Positions 35,618 through 41,523 of a DNA stretch of 41,523 nucleotides are shown one piece after another (within the stretch, counting starts at the first letter, position 1; every line of letters begins with the position of its first letter). The notes under the pieces are model-generated. The model did no database searches, was not told the origin of the DNA, and worked only from the letters and a program-made list of their open reading frames with translations. The position numbers were made by a program, and so were the translations under genes. This DNA is from Perkinsus olseni (Eukaryota), in NCBI GenBank assembly GCA_013115125.1, contig JABANN010000298.1, forward strand, positions 1 through 41,523. The letters run 5' to 3'.

Positions 35618-38492
35618 ATGTTTGAATCAGCGAGCATACGCGGCGCCCTGCATCTGCAGCGGCGGCGGTCGTTATCGCTCACATTGTCCCTAGCCGCAGT
35701 GTGTGGTAACTGAGAGCCTCGGTCTCTCAACACGTGGATCCAGCAGTGCTTCTTGTTTTGGTGGGATGCAGCAGTTGCCCTTGATTTTGTACCTCTCGGG
35801 TGGTCGGCAGTCCAGCTCAGTCATTTCCTTTTTTCCTTCCCCGCTTTAAATCGGCACCCTGTAATGTCGGGTCTGATTCGGCCCGCGTTGGTGTGGATGC
35901 CGGCAGCGGTAGTGGCGGCTGTGAAGGTTGCCGAGGTACGCTGCTCGCATCGCTCCGCCCTATGTAAGTAGGTAATTTCGGTATCTAATGTATCTTCAGG
36001 TCGCCCGCCGTACGCGCTGTGAACAGGCGGCTCCGCAAGGGTCGGTTGTCGGTCCTGTGAGCCCAGAAGGACCTCAGCTCCTCCTATCAGTGAGTAGAAA
36101 AAAAGTTGACGCACATGAGCATGTTCATCAGGCCGCCCAGGCAACACCGACTCGCCCCATGCCTAATGCTCGGGTCGGTTGCCATCAGTATGCAGCCAAC
36201 TCCCCTTCTGAGGACAGGCTGGCATTACAGCAGTTCCCTGGCGGAACGCTATGCGCCTGTGTTTTTGACGGGCATGGCGGTTGGCAGGTTGCTGAGTACT
36301 GATAGGGCTGCTTTGCGGCAGGAGGCCACCGACGTGTTCTAGGTATCTCCGTGGCCATCTGCCATCGCTCCTGGCCAATCGATTCCCTCGCAAATCTGGG
36401 CATATAGACGCCCGCATGATCGAGTCGGCGTGCAAGGAAGCATTCAGGGTGGCAGACCAGGAGTTGGAGCAGCATGCCCGAGAAGCCCAAAAGTAAGTTG
36501 GTTTTCGGAGTGACCAGGCCTCACTGGGGCTGTATTGGTAGCGCTCGACGCGCTGTTGATGGGCCTCTTCAGATTAGGATTCTCCCAACCTGTTAAAGCC
36601 GGCGCGTGTGGTTTGGCATTACTCATCACGCAGACGAGCATAGTGGTGGCGAATGCAGGAGACTGTAAGGCGGTAAGTCCGAGAGGCTGGTAGCTGCATG
36701 GACGGAGGCCTTTCCTGTAAGGTGTTGTACAGAGATCAGCGCCCTGCCTTGGCCCTCAACATGCAGCACAACGCGAGTGATGTGCGGGAACAGAGGCGAT
36801 TGGAGCTCGAGCATCCCAACGAGGACAACGTTGTGCGGTAATGGGAGTGCCCGTGATTGAACGACCCTCTATTGCTAACTGTAGGTGTAAGAAGGAGTGG
36901 CATGAACCAGTGGTAGTAGCTGTTCCCAAGAGTAAGACTCGCTATGCTCGAGACGATAGTTCCGGTGGAAATTCCCCTCCATTCAGGTGGGTGGCTGGCC
37001 GTGAAGTCATGGCTCGGTTACCCGGTGGAGCTTGAGCGACTGGAGCATGCTACCAAGTACTCTGGTTGCTATGTGAAAGGCCGTCTACAGCCGACTCGGA
37101 GCTTCGGTGACTTCTACCTCAAGGTAAGCCTTTACGCGAACCTCTATCCGCTGGGTGAATTCCACAATCGGTCTCATTCTCGTTGAGTTCTTCCTCCACT
37201 TGCTGTAGCGTGAGGGGTTCCAGAAGCGATCAGCTTCTAGTGCAGCATTTTAAGGTCACAATGGCGCGCGACGAATGCCTTGAGCGGCTTTTTGTGTGTG
37301 GGAGGGTCCTCCTCTTGTGTACCTTTGTGTTCTTCCAGTCCGCAGAGTTCCTATACAACCATACGTCTGGTCGTAACTTTCTACCACCTCCAGAGGCCAA
37401 GGGCTCTGCACATGCTCCCACCGAACCTTTACAGCATTCCTTCCCGTACATCACTAGCGAGCCGGAAGTGATGGTATATCCTCGACATGAGGATGATAAG
37501 TAATGCGTGCTAGGACAGGGCCGCAATGGAGCGTATTTCTGGCAGATTCATTGTACTCGGCAGCGACGGCCTGTGGGACAATGTGACCGATGAAGAGGCT
37601 GTAGGCTTCGTCAGGCGACTGCTTCTACCGGCCGAGAGCAGCTGGAGTGCCAACTCTGGTAGGGTTTAGGATATGGTGGGATTTCTAGTGCCCCGCGGGG
37701 GCCAGAATCAAAGCGTTGGGGGCTTGAGCTACCGCAGCAGTTGCAACGCCCTTGAACGTTTGAATCAACGCTTTGGTCAATCAATTTCAAGGGGTGCCCC
37801 CAAATCAAGATTTCGGATTGGAAGGATTCGCCGATCACTTCAATACTCAGTAGATCCTACTCACGTAAAACAGGTCAACTCTCAGTGAGCGCACGACCCG
37901 ATTTCTTCTGTATTTGAGAGGATCGTATATGAACGACTCGTGTCCACTTCGTTGCTGCTTCTCTCCCGGCGCAAGCTGGATCTTTGGAGCCTCGAAGTTT
38001 GGCCGCACCATTCGCGTCAGTCTCCAGAGTCGCCTCAAAGGTTCGATACGGTCCACATCCGGACGTACTTGAAGTTGAGCAAGAATATATTCAGTGCGAG
38101 TGGTGCGGCACCACTGGTGCTCTTGAAGCTTAGCTCGAGCACATTTTTGAATTAGTGACGAGTCCTACCTGGCTTAACAAGATAGTCGGATTGTGCGTTT
38201 AAGTAGCTTGAACACCAATTTGAATTGACCACCCTGAGTGCGTCTTCGAGCGTTTGAAGATTTGGTGCCTGTCGCTATGGATCATGGTGAATCTCATCCA
38301 TCCTCAGTTGCGGAGGCATTGACAGGCGAGGTGCTGAACCGAGCGGCGAAGAGGAGTTCGAAGACCTTAGCGGAGCTTCAGGCCCTTCCGCAGGGGAATC
38401 AACGCCGGAGGCTCCACGATGATATTTCTGTCTGTATTATCGATCTGCGGTCGTCCAGTGCTCCCTCGTCTAGGGTGAGCAGCGAAAACTGA
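35618..38492 (+). CDS. Second PP2C/PPM phosphatase, tandem paralog
   Basis: Motifs SPSEDR, CVFDGHGG, VANAGDCKA, HNASDVREQRRL, YVKGRLQPTRSFGD, PYITSEPEV, LGSDGLWD and RRRLHDDISVCII. The start is either ATG 35618 (MFESASIRGALHLQRRRSLSL, presequence-like) or 35864. Contains a 649-nt intron at 37659-38307. Confidence 0.9.
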
Positions 38493-38697
38493 AGATAGGT
38501 CGGTGTTGATGGGCGGTGTTTTCCTCTGCCCTAGTTGGCAGTGAGGGTGTTGTTTCAGTCTCAGTCTAAATGCACCAATAACTACAACATGGCTTATATT
38601 TTTTGAACCAGTTACGTATAGCCTTGTCCTTCGAAAGAGTTGTGTTGTAGTGCCAAATCAGGCCTCTGGGAGTAATTGAGCAGATATTGGTGGCAAG

Positions 38698-40314
38698 ATG
38701 GCTGCTTCCATGCTCGCGGCAGCATCACGGTATAAGAGCCAGTCGGGCGGAGCATCTAGCCCTGAAGTAGACAAGAAAACGCAGGGGGTTGGTTTGCTAT
38801 GGCTATTCGTTCTCAGGCGTCCTCTGATGGTGCACCAGCGACGGGGAGCACTTGGGTTGGAGACGGTGGTGATGCAGGAGCGGGTCGAGGTGTTGATGGG
38901 TCAACGAAGGCCGCTACTATGGGCTCCTGGGAGTCCGCCGAGTGATGAAGCAGTTCACACGTATTCTGGAGGGGATTGAGAGTGTCTCTCAGACAGCGTC
39001 AGCAGACCATACGCCTGTACAACTTAGCTCGGTTTGTGTTCGAGATATGCTACACACTGGATCTCCCGGAGGAGGTGATGCGTTCCATGGTTCATGTTTG
39101 ATGGTGACGGTTGTTGTAGGTAACGGCCACTGCGATGCTCTACTTGCATTCTGTGTTGGATAAGATGAAGATGAAAGACCTTTCGGATGATCGATATGTA
39201 CTACCACCACTCCCTTGAAGTGACCTCTCCGGCATTTCCTCCATCCCTCAGTTAATAGCCATAGCCTCTATTGTGCTGGCATGTAAGGTCTGTGAGGATA
39301 AGTTGCCGAGGTCATTGGCAGCGCCTCGGAGTGGAGGACTACCGACCGGCCAACAGGGGACGGCTAGCTTCACTCAAGTCATGCGAGCAGTAGGTGGTCA
39401 TCGGCCTCTATGGCGCCTGGAAGGTTCCTGTAGGTGTTGGATACGGCCATTTGTCATATGTCGGGACAGACAACTGTACATGCGGATCGATTGCACGAGC
39501 AGCGCCGGTTTCTGAGAGATAAGGTCTCCCTTATAGAGAGCCTAGTACTCCTCAGAGTTATCGGGTCCAATCTTCAACCTGAATTACCGTAAGTGCCTAG
39601 GTGGCAGCTGCTGCTTTTGTAAGTTGCATGAGTAGGTATGATGTGATGGCATCGCTCCTAGAGCTTCATATCTACCCAGCTGAGTCCTTGTTCCCAGCAG
39701 GAGTAGACAGAGCAATCATAGCTAGAGTAGCGAGAGCGACCCTCAACGACTGGTGGGTCTGCATTCCGGTCGCTGCTGCGGTTCCATCATCATCTCTACA
39801 TGTCGTTTTCGCCCTTCAGTTTCCGTGCCCCGCTGTGTCTGAAACATCGACCCGAGGTTCTAGCCATCGCAGCGATGTAGGGTCGGGGATGTTACTTCCT
39901 CAGTGTCTGTGGTCAGTGTCGCTTGGGATTGAGGAAGGTGTATGCCGCAGCAACACTCACTCCATCAGATACGTCACTTGCCGCGTGCTTCATATCAATT
40001 GGTCGGAAGTAGTGTCTACATCCTCCGGTGGTGACTTTGAGGAGACTACGGGAGCGTCCAAGTCAGAGGGGGCGGCGAGTTCAACACCTTGGAGGAGCGA
40101 GCAATCCAAGGTGAGAGTAATGGCCACTGGAGCAACGGGGCGATGAGTATTGCGAACATGTTTTTTGTTTTTCTAGGTCATCGAGTACATGTATCCGTCG
40201 GTGGATGAGGCTGCAGTGATGGAGTGCATCGCGGATCTCATGCGCTCAGTCTATAATGTTTCGGGTATGATACAGCAAAGCAAGGCTCTTCAAAACAACA
40301 AAAGGCGTCAATGA
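38698..40314 (+). CDS. Multi-exon hypothetical protein
   Basis: ATG 38698 and successive short exons with GT-AG boundaries. The last exon VIEYMYPSVDEAAVMECIADLMRSVY...NNKRRQ stops at ~40312-40314. No family recognised. Confidence 0.5.
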
Positions 40315-40449
40315 TTAAATCGAAGCTCTGCGTTGTCAAGCGATGGCGCCTCGATGGCTGGGCTTTGGGGGGACTTGTGCCGTCGAGTCATCCTAGGTCG
40401 CACTCGAGGAGTGGATGTATGAGTGATGGCAATCCCAAGGCCTATTTCA

Positions 40450-41523
40450 TAGGATGCCTTAACCTAGGATTCCAAGCGGTCGAGACACCATTTTTGCTTT
40501 AAGCTTCCTCCAAGCCATGAAGTTGAGAGGACTTCACCCTGACGGCTACGTATGAGATACGCTTAGGACGAGTGTTAGGACGCCACATCAGATCGAGCTC
40601 AATCACAGGGCAGCATCCCTACCATTATGAGGCATTTTTGAGGATCATCACATAGCGAAGCACCTCCCGAGTGTTCCTCAGTGGTCTATCCGGGCGCGAA
40701 GGCCGACCGTCCTGGGTGTAGCCATCTCTAGAGGATGGGGTTCCAAATAGACTGTGTGAGTTGGGCTTCGGAAGATGGGAAATGAAAGGCTACACGATAC
40801 AATGTAGGATTATAGTCCCCAACCATACCGGAAAAGAGTTGGCGATGATCGCCTCAAGAGTACGCGTACAATGAACGGGACAGACCGTGCTTGCGTCACA
40901 GTACAGTACCGCATGCCGCCTGAACGGAGCACAGCACTCTAAGAGGAGGCCTGGGTGTGACCAGACTCAGAGATGATCACCCGGGATGGGTCAGGTCGTA
41001 CACTGCATGGGGAATCCCACTCCGCTGAATGGCCACCTGTCCGAACGCCGCACTTGACCAAATTGAGACACTCCAATGTATCAGCACTCAATATCATGTG
41101 AGATAGTTAAATCGGTAGCCAAATGTCTCATTCCGGCGGGCATACAACGGTTTCTGATACACTTCTGCGCACGAAAATAGCCTCGTTATGGAACTCAGGC
41201 GCTTTTCTTCTATGCTCACAGTCATCCATTTTCATCACGCGCGCGGCCAAGGTGCCATCCCTGGCTGGCTTTTTCAGGCTTTTCCGGCCGGGGCATCCCT
41301 ATCCCCTCATAAAAGCACCTTTAAATTTGGATCCTTACTTGGGGTGTCCTAAGAAATAGGCCCCGGGCCCAGTTTCCATCCGACCACTGCTGGAGCCAAA
41401 CTGGAAGAGTATCATTTGGCAAGTGGCCCCAGCGAACGCATGCAAAATCTTGTACGGGATGGCTTAGAGGAGTTGTTGGAAATTTCGTAGTTCTAGGCGT
41501 AGAAGTGGTTCTTGGTGGCAAAT
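40450..41523 (-). CDS. Probable 3' part of a multi-exon gene truncated by the window edge
   Basis: An open frame enters from the window end (TPRTTKFPTTP...LFLRTPQ), followed by a GTAAG donor and further donor/acceptor-like sites. The exons could not be assembled reliably. Confidence 0.3.

Overview
Gene-dense eukaryotic (protist) nuclear DNA with many short GT-AG introns (mostly about 45-60 nt) and intergenic gaps of about 100-400 nt. The architecture is most like Perkinsus/alveolate genomes (inference). The ORF track is therefore fragmented into exons, and I rebuilt the genes by hand-splicing. Left to right: J-domain protein (+); BAR+UBA protein (+); divergent PWWP-like protein (-); large KH-RRM-KH RNA-binding protein with a tandemly duplicated ~320-aa unrecognised domain and an RS-rich tail (+); EST1/TPR + NYN nuclease resembling the protozoan NMD nuclease Smg6L (+); URB1/Npa1-like ribosome biogenesis factor (-); three hypothetical genes (-); ferroportin (-); helical hypothetical (-); minimal LigE/kDNA-type ATP-dependent DNA ligase with three introns (+); two tandem PP2C phosphatases with mitochondrial-type presequences (+); hypothetical (+); a possible truncated gene (-). 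I found no tRNA, rRNA, CRISPR or transposase. CDS coordinates are gene spans including introns, and exon boundaries are predictions without transcript evidence.
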